Shown here: positions 28,177 to 38,630 of the stretch, in pieces | Numbering within the stretch: position 1 is the stretch's first letter | Layout of the letters: the number at the start of each line of letters is the position of its first letter | From: a virus | Length of the DNA stretch: 64,000 nt | Virus record (IMG/VR): IMGVR_UViG_3300015371_000009 | Location: 1 to 64,000 of that record | Direction: 5' to 3' (one strand) | The notes under the pieces: model-generated | Database searches by the model: none | The model's input: only the letters and a program-made list of their open reading frames with translations | Told to the model about the DNA's origin: nothing | Made by a program: the position numbers and the translations under genes

Positions 28177-29687
28177 GCGGCTTTCTTGCCTCGATCGTGC
28201 AGCGTTGGCACCGCCTGCTATTGATATTCCGTCGCCGGCCGCTGCCGGCGCCGCCACCGCCGGCCGTGGTTGAGGCGCCACCGCCGCCGCCACTGCCACC
28301 GGCAACGCCGTTGCCGCCGGCCGACGCGGATTTGCGGGATGATGACCAGGTGGTGCTGCGCTACGACGATGTGCCGCAAAAAGTGCGGCGCAAGCCGGAT
28401 GTCTGGTTGCCGGGCCGTGCGCCGAAAAAGCGTGAGCGCAAACCGCGCGATCCCAATGTGCCGGCAGCGCCGCCACGCCCGCGCCGGGCCAAACAACAAG
28501 TTGCCACGGCTGGCGCCGGTGCGGTGTGGGATATGAGCCGGGCTGGCGTCGAGGAGGCCGGCACGTTCTATTTCCGCGGCGCGCTGCTCAACGATCTGCC
28601 GCGGTATTTCCGGTCGTTGCGCCGGCTGCGCGGCGCCGATCCGAATTCTTATCATCTGTGCTCGACCATCGGCATGAGCCTGATGCCGGTGCGGATGATC
28701 GGTTTCATCGGCGAGCTGCCGGTATGGTGGCATGATGCCAGCAAGCGACCGAATTTCGGCGCGGCGTCGTTTGCCGATCACGACCTGGATGAGGGCAACA
28801 CGCTGCGGCTGACCTACTTCCAGCACGTGGCGATTCCGTCGGCGGACGTCGAGCCGACCAGCGGTCAGGTCTATCGCGTCACATGCTACTTCGACGATTT
28901 CAATACAGAGCAACATCCGACCAGGCGGCGCGCGCCGAAATGGCTGCGCAAGCACGGCGTTTGCCTTTGCTATTACGTCAGCGTTGACGTTGCCAGCAAG
29001 GTCAGGGTGCTGAGGCAGCTGCAGCTGCGCTATCAGCATGTCAGCTATCGCAGCGGCCAGCATTCGCCCAGCAACCGGCCCAGCAGCTCGAACGGCAGCC
29101 GCACCCGCAAAATGCGGTTCACCCACTCGATTCCGATGAAGCTATGGGACTATCCGGAATTCATGCGTGACTGGTATCGCGAGCGGTTTGACGATCGCAA
29201 CGACCCGCGCACCAAGGACGATGAGCAGATGGCGCGGCACTTCGCGCGCACATTCATTTGCATCACCAGCTTTGCCAACGCCAACGACACCGGTGTGCGC
29301 GTGGCCATCACCGCCCGCGATGGCCTGTGCGCCAGCTTTGCCTTGGACATGAAACGGTCGGCGTATTTTTTCAAGGACCGCGACGTGGTGCTGACCGCGC
29401 AAGGCAAGCGGGCACGGGTGTTTCACGTGGTGCGGCCGCACATCCGGCATCTGCAGGATGGCCGCGAGCTGCCGCTGAAAATGCACTTCCGGGGTTTGCG
29501 CAAATTCCCGTGGGGCGAATACCAAGTGCACATCACCGTGCCTGGTTTGCATCACTCGCCGCTGATCGAGCTGATGCCGGAGCTGTACGACTACAAGACC
29601 GCGCTCGGCCTCGGCCACGATGAGAAAGACCTGATGACCACCAAGGCCGCCGCCAAGGAAATCCGCGAATATCTGGAGCAGTCGTAG
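28173..29687 (+). CDS. large hypothetical protein
   Basis: Long ORF with Pro-rich N-terminus and FHVVRPHIRH motif. Confidence 0.7.
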   Translation: MSGFLASIVQRWHRLLLIFRRRPLPAPPPPAVVEAPPPPPLPPATPLPPADADLRDDDQVVLRYDDVPQKVRRKPDVWLPGRAPKKRERKPRDPNVPAAPPRPRRAKQQVATAGAGAVWDMSRAGVEEAGTFYFRGALLNDLPRYFRSLRRLRGADPNSYHLCSTIGMSLMPVRMIGFIGELPVWWHDASKRPNFGAASFADHDLDEGNTLRLTYFQHVAIPSADVEPTSGQVYRVTCYFDDFNTEQHPTRRRAPKWLRKHGVCLCYYVSVDVASKVRVLRQLQLRYQHVSYRSGQHSPSNRPSSSNGSRTRKMRFTHSIPMKLWDYPEFMRDWYRERFDDRNDPRTKDDEQMARHFARTFICITSFANANDTGVRVAITARDGLCASFALDMKRSAYFFKDRDVVLTAQGKRARVFHVVRPHIRHLQDGRELPLKMHFRGLRKFPWGEYQVHITVPGLHHSPLIELMPELYDYKTALGLGHDEKDLMTTKAAAKEIREYLEQS

Positions 29688-29696
29688 GTTAGGCTG

Positions 29697-30143
29697 ATGG
29701 CAAAAAACAATATTGCAGACCGAATGTTGGATTGGGTTGAACCAGCTTCAAACCTGATCTGGAAGCAATTGAAGATTAAAAATATCGAGGCGCTGTGCAG
29801 TCAGTGTGATCGGGAGTTTGACGAAAACGATCTGGCGGCAGCAAGTGTGGTTGCAACGTCGCGCGCCAATTTCAGTGTTGTGGCGGATAAGATCAGCTCT
29901 CGGCGATCCTTCGCTGTGGGGAAGGAGATTGAGACTAGCATTGCGAAGATTCAGAAAAAGCTTGCACGAGAGATTGGAAACGACAAAGCAGAGCGCACGA
30001 TGGCCGCTGCGATCGGTTTTGTGAACTGCAGGATGCTGGTCAACATCATTGTCATGCGTTCGGTCACGAAAGAAATCGAACGAATTATCGAGGAGGAGGA
30101 CGAAAAGGATCGCCGTAAGAAGATCGGGGCTAGGCAACCATGA
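29697..30143 (+). CDS. hypothetical protein, lower GC
   Basis: Fills the gap between coupled genes. Confidence 0.55.
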   Translation: MAKNNIADRMLDWVEPASNLIWKQLKIKNIEALCSQCDREFDENDLAAASVVATSRANFSVVADKISSRRSFAVGKEIETSIAKIQKKLAREIGNDKAERTMAAAIGFVNCRMLVNIIVMRSVTKEIERIIEEEDEKDRRKKIGARQP

Positions 30144-30706
30144 CCGACATTCTGGCCCTCGACATTGCGACGGTGACCGGCTGGGCCCGCGGCCGCGTCG
30201 GCGAGGAGCCGCGTTGCGGTTCGATTCGATTCTCGACCAAGGGTGCGTCACAGCTGGCGATCTGCGGCCGCGCACTCGACTGGATGATTCAGACGCTGAA
30301 GCCGCCGCTGCCCGACGTGGTGGCGATCGAGGGCTTGCTGCCGCCGCACACCATCAAGAAGCAATCGAATGTCGATCATGACTTGCTGGCGCAGTTGCAC
30401 GGAATTGTGCTCGGCGTCTGCTTCATGCGCGGCATCTACAAAGTGAATCGGCACGCGCTGCCCAGCATCCGCGCGCACTTCATTAACGGTCCGTGCGCCA
30501 AGGGTCAGGCCAAGCGCATGGTGATCGAGCGGTGTCGTTGGCTCGGCTGGCTGGAGGCAGCCGACGATGACGCTGCCGATGCGTTGGCCGTCTGGAGTTA
30601 TCAGGCGGCGCTGATCGACCCCGAACAGACGATCCGGATTTCCCCATTATTCCGCAAAAATTTTTTGACGAAAAAGCTTGGATTGGCTGCAGACACAAAG
30701 GCTTAG
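30140..30706 (+). CDS. RuvC-like Holliday junction resolvase
   Basis: ILALDIATVTGWA, VVAIE, DDAADALAV. Confidence 0.8.
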   Translation: MTDILALDIATVTGWARGRVGEEPRCGSIRFSTKGASQLAICGRALDWMIQTLKPPLPDVVAIEGLLPPHTIKKQSNVDHDLLAQLHGIVLGVCFMRGIYKVNRHALPSIRAHFINGPCAKGQAKRMVIERCRWLGWLEAADDDAADALAVWSYQAALIDPEQTIRISPLFRKNFLTKKLGLAADTKA

Positions 30707-30717
30707 GAAGGTGACCC

Positions 30718-32856
30718 GTGGCGACCATTTCCGACGCTGGTCATGCCCTTGCGGCGCTGATCGAGCCCGTAGCGCGCCTGCTGCTGGGCGAGCCGAACAC
30801 GCGGCTGTCATCCGATCATGAACTTCGTTACGGCAGCCGCGGCAGTTTTTCGATCGATCTGCAAAAAGGTGTTTGGCACGACCACGAAACCGGCGAAGGC
30901 GGTGGCGTGCTCGATCTGGTGCAACGTGAGACTGGGCTGACCGAAGCGCGCCGTTGCGTGCAGTGGCTGGAAGAGGCCGGCTTTGATCTTGAGCGCGAGC
31001 AGCCGCCGCGCAAGGGCAAGCCCAAGCCCAAGGACAAAGATAACGGCAAGGGCTCGCACTTCAACATCGTTGCCACCTATGACTACACCGACGAAATCGG
31101 TCATCTGCTGTTTCAGGTTTGTCGGCTCGATCCGAAAGATTTCCGCCAGCGCAAGCCTGATCATGGTGGCTGGTCGTGGTCGGTGCGCGGCGTGCGCAAC
31201 GTGCCATACCGATTGCCGGAGCTGCTTGAGCAATTGGCGGAGCAGCATGTTGTGTTCGTGGTCGAGGGTGAAAAGGACGCCAACAATCTTTGGCAGCTCG
31301 GCATTCCGGCGACCACCAATGCCGGCGGCGCCGGCAAGTGGCGTGCGGAGCTGAACGAATTTTTTTCCGGCGCCGACGTGGTGATCATCGAAGACAACGA
31401 CCCACAGAAAAAACATCCGAAGACCGGCGAGCTGATGTTTCATGACGATGGCCGGCCGATCCTGCCCGGCCAGGATCACGCGCAAGCGGTGGCCGCGGCG
31501 CTCGACGGCATCGCCACACGGGTGCGGGTGCTGAAGCTCGTGCAATTTTGGCCGGCGATGCCGCTCAAGGGCGACGTTTCCGATTGGCTCGAGCACGGCG
31601 GCGGTTCGCCCGAGATGCTGTTCGAAATTATCGAGCAGCTGCCGGATTGGCGGCCACCGGCCAAGCCACCAGAGCAGCAACCACCGCCGCCCGAATGGGG
31701 CGAGCTGCCCGCGGTCAGCGATCTGCCGCCGCTCGACGTCATGGATTTGGTGGCGCTGCAGGGCGTGCCGGTGCCGCTGCAGCGCTGGCAAGTGCCGGGA
31801 CTGGTGCCGTCCTGCAATGTCAGCCTGCTGTCAGGCGACGGCGGCATCGGCAAAACATTGCTGATGCAACAGCTCGCGGTCGCCACCGTGCTCGGTCGTG
31901 ACTGGATCGGATTGTTGCCTGAACCAGGTCCGGTGCTGCTGATTTCAGCGGAGGATGACGTCAACGAAATTCATTTTCGGCTGGACAAAATTATCCGCCG
32001 CTATGGTGCGAGCTGGACCGACCTCAAAGACCTCCACATTATTTCGCTGGCCGGCAAGGACGCAGCGTTCGCGGTCGCCGGCAACAATCACATCGTCAAA
32101 CCCACATTGCTCTGGTTTGCGATCTGTGAACTGGCCCGGCGTATCCGACCGAAAATGATCGGCATCGATACCGCGGCCGACGTGTTCTTGGTCGAGGAGC
32201 GCGATCGCGCGCAAGCCCGGCAATGCATCTCGCTGTTGCGCGGCCTCAGCATGGAAGTCAACGCCGCAACGCTGCTGCTGTCACATCCAAGTTTGCACGG
32301 CATTCAATCGGGCAGTGGCCAGAGCGGCTCAACCGGATGGAATAATTCGGTGCGCTCGCGGCTCTACCTCTACACGCCGCAGGATGACGAAATCGCGACA
32401 AGCAAAGACATTCGCGTGCTCGAAACCAAAAAAGCCAACTACACCGCGCACGGCCAACAGGTCCGGTTGAAATGGAATGAAGGCCTGTTCGAGCTTGAGA
32501 GCAGCGGGCAACCGCAAACCGCCTACGACAAGGCGTCGGTCGAACAACGCGCGCTGTCAATTTTCAAGGCGCTGCTCAACGTCCACAACAACGGCGACAT
32601 CCCGGTCAGCGCCACCATGGGCGCCCGCAATTACGCGCCAACGGTGTTCGCCAGAATGGATCAAGCAAAGCTGCTGGCACCCAATCACAAGGGACGAATG
32701 AACCTCCTGCGCGACGCAATGTACGCCCTGCTGAAGACCGGCGAGGTGGCCAACGGCCAGGGTCCAGCCTGGAAACCGCCCTCAAAACAGACCGCGTGCC
32801 TCTACACGGTGAAGTTGCCGGAGCCTGAATTTATCCAGGAGGAGTTGAAAATATGA
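30718..32856 (+). CDS. TOPRIM primase / RepA-like (AAA_25) helicase fusion
   Basis: VVEGEKD, DND, KGDVSDW; Walker A GDGGIGKT; SGSTGWNNSVR. Confidence 0.9.
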   Translation: MATISDAGHALAALIEPVARLLLGEPNTRLSSDHELRYGSRGSFSIDLQKGVWHDHETGEGGGVLDLVQRETGLTEARRCVQWLEEAGFDLEREQPPRKGKPKPKDKDNGKGSHFNIVATYDYTDEIGHLLFQVCRLDPKDFRQRKPDHGGWSWSVRGVRNVPYRLPELLEQLAEQHVVFVVEGEKDANNLWQLGIPATTNAGGAGKWRAELNEFFSGADVVIIEDNDPQKKHPKTGELMFHDDGRPILPGQDHAQAVAAALDGIATRVRVLKLVQFWPAMPLKGDVSDWLEHGGGSPEMLFEIIEQLPDWRPPAKPPEQQPPPPEWGELPAVSDLPPLDVMDLVALQGVPVPLQRWQVPGLVPSCNVSLLSGDGGIGKTLLMQQLAVATVLGRDWIGLLPEPGPVLLISAEDDVNEIHFRLDKIIRRYGASWTDLKDLHIISLAGKDAAFAVAGNNHIVKPTLLWFAICELARRIRPKMIGIDTAADVFLVEERDRAQARQCISLLRGLSMEVNAATLLLSHPSLHGIQSGSGQSGSTGWNNSVRSRLYLYTPQDDEIATSKDIRVLETKKANYTAHGQQVRLKWNEGLFELESSGQPQTAYDKASVEQRALSIFKALLNVHNNGDIPVSATMGARNYAPTVFARMDQAKLLAPNHKGRMNLLRDAMYALLKTGEVANGQGPAWKPPSKQTACLYTVKLPEPEFIQEELKI

Positions 32857-32858
32857 CT

Positions 32859-32991
32859 GCCGCACCTTCCGCACCCCCTGCCGCACCCCCTGCTTCACCG
32901 GGTGTCGCACCCCCTGCCGTACCCCCTGCCGCACGTCGAAAAAGCTGCCGCACCCCCTGCCGCACCCCCTGTGCCTCTGTCCCCTTATATA
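32859..32991 (+). repeat. 12-bp iterons (cgcaccccctgc, about 6 copies); putative replication origin
   Basis: Copies at 32870, 32882, 32906, 32918 (variant), 32949 and 32961, followed by ttatatat, right after the primase-helicase. Confidence 0.65.
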
Positions 32992-33130
32992 TCCTAGCGC
33001 GTTCGCTACGGCGTAACGCGCGCCTCATAGAGGCGCACGCCTTGCTCACGCTGCATTGCGGTAGATCGGTCAGTGATGCTGACCGTTATGAACTAACCCC
33101 GACGATTGTTCATAACGGCGAGGTGCGATC

Positions 33131-33436
33131 ATGACCCGCCGCACCCTGCCGCAGCGCCGGCATGCCGAAACTTTTGAATTGAAGTTCGGCGCCAATCAAA
33201 CCGTCTTCCAGGTCACGCTGGGACGCTACGCCAACGGCGACCTTGGCGAGGTCTTCATCAGCAACGCCAAAGCTGGCAGTGAGCTGGATGCAATCGCTCG
33301 AGATGCTGCGGTGTTGTTGTCGATCGCGATCCAATTCGGAATTCCGCTCGACGTCATGCGCCATGCGATCACGCGCGAAGCAAGCGGTGCCGCCTCCACG
33401 ATTATCGGCACGCTGCTCGATCGGCTGGAGGCGTGA
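33131..33436 (+). CDS. ribonucleotide reductase C-terminal-like (TSCPD-like) protein
   Basis: RRTLPQRR...GDLGEVFI...LLSIAIQFGIPL. Confidence 0.75.
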   Translation: MTRRTLPQRRHAETFELKFGANQTVFQVTLGRYANGDLGEVFISNAKAGSELDAIARDAAVLLSIAIQFGIPLDVMRHAITREASGAASTIIGTLLDRLEA

Positions 33437-33819
33437 CGTGAAGATCATCCAGCACCCAGCGATGAAACCGGGACTCGTCGCGCTGCGACGTCGACACAAA
33501 ATCGTTTGGATGGGTCCGCTGTCGCTGGCAGCACCGTGGACCAAGGTCGAGTGCGACGCCATCATCGTGTCGCCAGAAGACTACGCCAAAATAAAACAGC
33601 TCGCCGAAGAGGACATGCAATGACCTGGTTTGGGTATCGGCTTTCGATGTGGGGCCCGCCGCTCGCGTTCAAAACCGAAGTGCAGCCGTCGGCCAATCTC
33701 ACACCGGTCACGCGATACGATCACGAATATCCCAATCGACAAATTCGCAAGCTCACTGATGCCGACGCGGCGTTGACGATCGATGCGTTGAAGCAAAAAT
33801 TTCCGTACGTGAGGGAAGC

Positions 33820-34290
33820 ATGAGCTACTGGGCCGTTGCTCAGACCGAACCGCAGCGCGAGCACATCGCGCGAGTGTTCCTGATGCGTCACGGCTATGAG
33901 ACTTACGCGCCGAGAGTCAAAATTCAGGGACGTGTGGCGCGGCTGTTCCCGACCTATATTTTCATCCGGATAGTCGACCGCTGGTATCCCGCGCGGTGGT
34001 CCATCGGCATCCAACGGATTCTGATGGCCGGTGAGGTCCCGGCAAAAGTCCCGGAGCGCGTCTTGAAGGATTTACGCGAGCGCGACAGCGGTGGCTTCGT
34101 GAAGCTGCCGCCAGCGAACAGATTGCGCATTGGCGCAAAAATGCGCGTCCTGCGCGGACCGTTTGCGGGCCACATCGGCCTTCACGACGGAATGTCCGGA
34201 GCTGACCGGCAACGCGTGCTGCTCGAGCTTTTGGGCCAGCACGTCAGCGTGGAAATGCCGGCGCGCGATATTGTGCCGTTGCCGTATTGA
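33820..34290 (+). CDS. NusG-like antiterminator
   Basis: WAVAQTEPQRE...LFPTYIF; KOW motif RVLRGPFAG. Confidence 0.88.
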   Translation: MSYWAVAQTEPQREHIARVFLMRHGYETYAPRVKIQGRVARLFPTYIFIRIVDRWYPARWSIGIQRILMAGEVPAKVPERVLKDLRERDSGGFVKLPPANRLRIGAKMRVLRGPFAGHIGLHDGMSGADRQRVLLELLGQHVSVEMPARDIVPLPY

Positions 34291-34660
34291 GCCCACCGCC
34301 GCTTGCGTCTGCAACGGTCTTGCGCTACTAGCGAAACACCCAACCGAAAAAAATGGCTTTGCTGCTCAAGCGGATGGCTCGAAAACCGAGTCCCGCCGGT
34401 GTGCAGCGCGTTCGCTCCCGTAGCGGTTTTTCGGTTGGGTAGTTTACCGCTGCGGCTCTCGGTGCTAGGCGCCTTGTCCTCCCTCCTCCGACCCAGCTCG
34501 CGGCAAAGTCCCCCGATTTTTCCCGCATGCGCGGTCATTGGCGCCTAGCACCAATTTTCCCAGTTTGTTCTCGGTGCCCGGATTTTCGGGTAATTTCATA
34601 TCCACGGTCGGGTTGCTGTTCCGTTCACGCCTGCCGATTTAATTTCCACTGGGGCGGACC

Positions 34661-34975
34661 ATGTTCGGACGAAAGCCCCCTCACGATGAGTGGTACGGCA
34701 CGGCCCGCTGGAAAAAGCGCCGTCGTGCGCAGCTGCTCCGTGAACCGCTGTGCGCCATGTGTTTGGCCAAGGCTTTGGTGGTGCCGGCGGAGGTGGCCGA
34801 CCACGTCATCCCCCACAGGGGTGACCCGAAACTGTTTTGGTTTGGGAAGCTCCAGTCCCTATGCGCCAACCATCACAACAGCGCTAAAAAGGAAATGGAA
34901 ACAAGGGGTTATGCCTCAGACATTGGCATAGATGGGTATCCTATCGATCCCATGCACCCTGCAAATCGTGTTTAG
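34661..34975 (+). CDS. HNH endonuclease (terminase-associated)
   Basis: CAMC...DHVIPHRGD...LQSLCANHHN. Confidence 0.9.
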   Translation: MFGRKPPHDEWYGTARWKKRRRAQLLREPLCAMCLAKALVVPAEVADHVIPHRGDPKLFWFGKLQSLCANHHNSAKKEMETRGYASDIGIDGYPIDPMHPANRV

Positions 34976-35299
34976 GAACAAGGACTTACACCTACAACCC
35001 TGCCGTGCTGGCCTATATACGTGCACAGTGTTGACACAATCCCACAACCTAGAGTTCTAAGGGGTTCCGAGTGCGCAACTTTATTTCGAGGTCATTTTGA
35101 CCGTTGCAAGCCATTGATTTGATTGAGGAAATAGCGCTGCGTTTTCGGGAAAAAGATTGAACAATATCAATGGGTTACAAAGTGGGTTTGGGTCCATTCA
35201 ATAGGAAGGGCGTGGGTGAGCTGTAATCGCGACCCATTCCCTTCCTTCGTCCAGGGGGGCCGGGCCGCATGGGCGGCCAGCTGCGGCCAGCTGGCAAGG

Positions 35300-35375
35300 C
35301 ATGGGGCCGGGGGGGATGTCCAAATTAAAATAGATAGGACAGAATTCCAGCGCGGCGGCGCTGCAAAATTTCCAT
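35300..35375. other. possible cos region
   Basis: G tract and cgcggcggcgc between HNH and terS; positional inference only. Confidence 0.3.
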
Positions 35376-35432
35376 TTCACAAAGGGGGTCGTTTGGGGTT
35401 TTTTCTTCCAAAGTTCCAACAATGAGGCGCAA

Positions 35433-36248
35433 ATGCGGCACAAGCCTAAAAAGGGCATACGACAGGTTGCAAAGGGTTGTGCCGGGGAACCCGAGGAACT
35501 TGGTCTGCAACCTGTAGCATACACTGCGGAACTTCCTGGCGATCGCCCGCCCGCCCCGGAATGGTTTGAGGCTGACGAACGCGCCGAATGGACTGCCATT
35601 GTCGACCGCATGCCTTCGGGCTGGTTTACGCGCGAGACACATCAATTGCTTGCCGAGTTGTGCACGTTGACGTGCCTGTCCCGGAAGGTGACCGAGGAGT
35701 TGCAGGCGGTTCGGCAGAGGTCGCTTTCGATCCCCGCGCACATGGCTGACTTCGGTCGGCTGACCACGATGAAAATCCGGCTGACCAGCGCGATGGCGAA
35801 CGTCGCGTCGAAGCTGCGCCTGACCCATCGAAGCCGCTACGACGCGAGAGCCGCAGCCGATGCCGAAAAGAAGGGCACTCGACACCAAAAACCGTGGGAG
35901 CTTGGGCGCGGAGATAATCCAATGGATCGAAGCCGCGTGCTTCGTCCCGGAGGGCGCGCTAGTTGGCCAGCCGCTGATTCTGGCGCCGTGGCAGCGCCGC
36001 GAGATAATCAGAATCTACGACAACCCCGCGGGGACCAGGCGCGCGATCCTGTCGTTCGGCCGCAAGAATGGCAAAACCGCGCTGGCCGCGCTGCTGATGC
36101 TGGTGCACTTGCTGGGCCCGTGCCGGCGGATCAACAGCCAACTATTCAGCACGGCTCAGAGCCGCGACCAGGCGGCGCTGATCTTTCGGCTGGCAGCGAA
36201 AATTGTGCGCATGTCGCCGATATTGTCGGCGGCGACCGTGATCCGTGA
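35433..36248 (+). CDS. terS: terminase small subunit (core about 35433-35900)
   Basis: PPAPEWF...EWTAIV...LRLT..SR...KPWE; position before terL. Confidence 0.75.
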   Translation: MRHKPKKGIRQVAKGCAGEPEELGLQPVAYTAELPGDRPPAPEWFEADERAEWTAIVDRMPSGWFTRETHQLLAELCTLTCLSRKVTEELQAVRQRSLSIPAHMADFGRLTTMKIRLTSAMANVASKLRLTHRSRYDARAAADAEKKGTRHQKPWELGRGDNPMDRSRVLRPGGRASWPAADSGAVAAPRDNQNLRQPRGDQARDPVVRPQEWQNRAGRAADAGALAGPVPADQQPTIQHGSEPRPGGADLSAGSENCAHVADIVGGDRDP

Positions 36249-37407
36249 AGGATCGAAGCAGCTGATCTGCGAGGAGGTTGGCAGCGTCTATCGCGCACTG
36301 AGTGCCGAGGTGCCGACCGCGTTCGGCTTGTCGCCAAGCTTCACGATCCACGATGAGCTGGGCCAAGTCCGCGGTCCGCGCTACGCGCTGTACGAAGCGC
36401 TCGAGACAGCGACCGGCGCGCAGTCCGATCCACTCTCAATCATCATCAGCACGCAAGCGCGCACCGACGCGGATTTGCTTTCGATCCTGATCGATGACGC
36501 GTTGCGCGGCGACGATCCCTCGACCGTGGTTTCGCTTTACACCGCCCCGATGGATGCCGATCCGTTTGCGCTCGAGACACTGCGGCTGGCGAACCCGGCG
36601 CTGGGCAACTTTCTCAACCCACGTGAGGTCATGGCGATGGCCGAGGATGCACGCCGCATGCCCGCGCGCGAACCGGAATTCCGCAATCTGATTCTCAATC
36701 AACGCGTGGAGGCCAACAATCCATTCGTCAAGCCGGCACTCTGGAAAGCTTGCGCCGGCGAGCCGGTCGATCTGCGCGGCCGCGAAATTTATGCCGGCCT
36801 CGATTTGTCGGAGACTTCCGACCTGACCGCGCTGGTGATCATCGGCAAGATCGACAAGGTCTGGCGCGTCCAGCCGACGTTCTGGCTGCCGGGCGTCGGC
36901 CTCGCCGACAAGGCTCGAGCCGATCGCGTGCCGTACGACACCTGGGCCAACAAAGGCTTCCTGCTGACGACGCCGGGCAAGTCGGTGGACTACGAGTTTG
37001 TTGCGCACTTCCTACGCAACGAATTGTTTGAAAAATACAAGGTCAAAAAAATTGCGTTCGATCGCTGGAATTTCAAACATCTCAAACCGTGGTTGCTCAA
37101 CGCCGGGCTGAGCGAAAAGCTTGTCACTGACACGTTCGTCGAGTTCGGTCAGGGCACGCAGTCCATGTCACCGGCGCTGCGCGAGTTGGAGTCGATGATC
37201 CTTGAGCGGCAAATCCAACATCCGGATAACCCCGTGCTCAACATGTGCGCCAGCAACGCGGTCGTGGAAGGCAACGACAGCTCGAACCGCAAGCTTTCAA
37301 AGAAGCGCTCAAGCGGCCGGATCGACGGCATGGTTGCGCTTGCGATGGCCGTCGGCGTGGCGCCGCTGAAGGCGAAGGCGATCGACATCTCGGCGCTCAT
37401 TGGCTGA
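35860..37407 (+). CDS. terL: terminase large subunit
   Basis: GRKNGKT, IHDELG, GLDLS, RIDGMVALAMA. Confidence 0.95.
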   Translation: MPKRRALDTKNRGSLGAEIIQWIEAACFVPEGALVGQPLILAPWQRREIIRIYDNPAGTRRAILSFGRKNGKTALAALLMLVHLLGPCRRINSQLFSTAQSRDQAALIFRLAAKIVRMSPILSAATVIREGSKQLICEEVGSVYRALSAEVPTAFGLSPSFTIHDELGQVRGPRYALYEALETATGAQSDPLSIIISTQARTDADLLSILIDDALRGDDPSTVVSLYTAPMDADPFALETLRLANPALGNFLNPREVMAMAEDARRMPAREPEFRNLILNQRVEANNPFVKPALWKACAGEPVDLRGREIYAGLDLSETSDLTALVIIGKIDKVWRVQPTFWLPGVGLADKARADRVPYDTWANKGFLLTTPGKSVDYEFVAHFLRNELFEKYKVKKIAFDRWNFKHLKPWLLNAGLSEKLVTDTFVEFGQGTQSMSPALRELESMILERQIQHPDNPVLNMCASNAVVEGNDSSNRKLSKKRSSGRIDGMVALAMAVGVAPLKAKAIDISALIG

Positions 37408-37413
37408 CGTCGG

Positions 37414-37914
37414 TCACTCAGCCGCGACCAGACGCGGGCGGAACGGCTCGGCTGGCTGCTCGGGCTCGGCTTCCGGTTTGGGCTTCCGCAGCCGCTTGAG
37501 CCGTGATGCCGAGATTTCCCGCGACCGTTTCAACTGGCGCCGTAGCTCGGTGTTCTGTTCTTCGAGATGCCTGTAGCTTTGGTCGGTCGGGTTGCCCCGC
37601 AATACAACATCGAGAGCCTTGCTGGCCCATGCAAACAGGTTGTCGCGGGGCTGTAACGGCTCGACCTGCCAACTGTGGTTCAAGAAATACTCAGGCACCG
37701 TGACTTCGCCGCAGACATGGCTGTGTCCGACTTGCTCGGCCTTGGGAAATCGAAAGCACCAGCCTTCAAGCCTGCCGTGATTTTTGACGTACTGAACCCA
37801 CGTGTATTGATCCCAGTCGTCGCCGCATAACCCTTCACATCGGCCAGCTTCACGATCGGCCTTGTGCTGTGGCGGCTCGGTTGCTCGGAAGTAGCGGCAG
37901 ATCAAACATGGCAT
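37414..37914 (-). CDS. moron: Cys-rich protein with C-terminal coiled coil
   Basis: AGGAGG RBS, reverse orientation, flanked by duplicated terL end. Confidence 0.65.
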   Translation of the reverse strand: MPCLICRYFRATEPPQHKADREAGRCEGLCGDDWDQYTWVQYVKNHGRLEGWCFRFPKAEQVGHSHVCGEVTVPEYFLNHSWQVEPLQPRDNLFAWASKALDVVLRGNPTDQSYRHLEEQNTELRRQLKRSREISASRLKRLRKPKPEAEPEQPAEPFRPRLVAAE

Positions 37915-38102
37915 GGTCGTTTCCTCCTAACGCTCACGAAGGCGATCGACATTTCCGCGCTGATCGGATGATACCGGCCGGGCACACCGGATGTGGGCGT
38001 CACCTGACCATTGGCCCGGCCGGTATCCTGGGGTCGGAGGGCAACAGCGCCGTGGATGACATGCATCGCTTGGCCACACCGACCTTGCGCAGATCGTAAC
38101 CC

Positions 38103-38351
38103 ATGAGTGAGCTAGAAATCAAAGCTGTCGAAATCGCGAAGCTGCAGCTGGCGCCCGGCGACATCGTGCTGCTGAAGGTCAACGAAATTCTAGCGGCGGA
38201 TCAAGTCGATCATTTGCGCAAGATGATGCTGCCGCTGCTGCCCAACGACGTGCGCTGTCTGGTGCTGAGCCGCGGCATGGACGTTTCGGTCTTGACCAAA
38301 GCCGAGGTCGAGCGCATGGCCGACACCGGCATCGCCAACGGTTGCGACTGA
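38103..38351 (+). CDS. hypothetical protein
   Basis: LQLAPGDIVLLK motif. Confidence 0.55.
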   Translation: MSELEIKAVEIAKLQLAPGDIVLLKVNEILAADQVDHLRKMMLPLLPNDVRCLVLSRGMDVSVLTKAEVERMADTGIANGCD

Positions 38352-38630
38352 CCATGAGCATGACCACCGCCAATCTTGCCGCCGTGTTAACGGCGCCGAA
38401 GGCTCTCAGCGCCGCCGACGTGGCGCGCCTCAAGCGCGAATGGGAGCGCTGCTACACTGGCAAAGGCCACCGCGTGGCGATCCTTACTGAGCCGCGCGCA
38501 TCGACGCGCCGTTATGATCCGTACTTCTGGCAGGCGCCGCCGCTGGTGATCCGCAGCGCCACGGAATTGCTGATGCAAGCAACCGTCATCGGCGGCACCG
38601 CGACAGCGCTGCTGGCGCTGTTGTTCTGAA

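Noticed and set aside
34995-35020. tgccgtgctggcctatata as another operator-promoter
   Set aside because: The -10 context is similar, but there is no TTGAC at the right spacing and the palindrome is poor.
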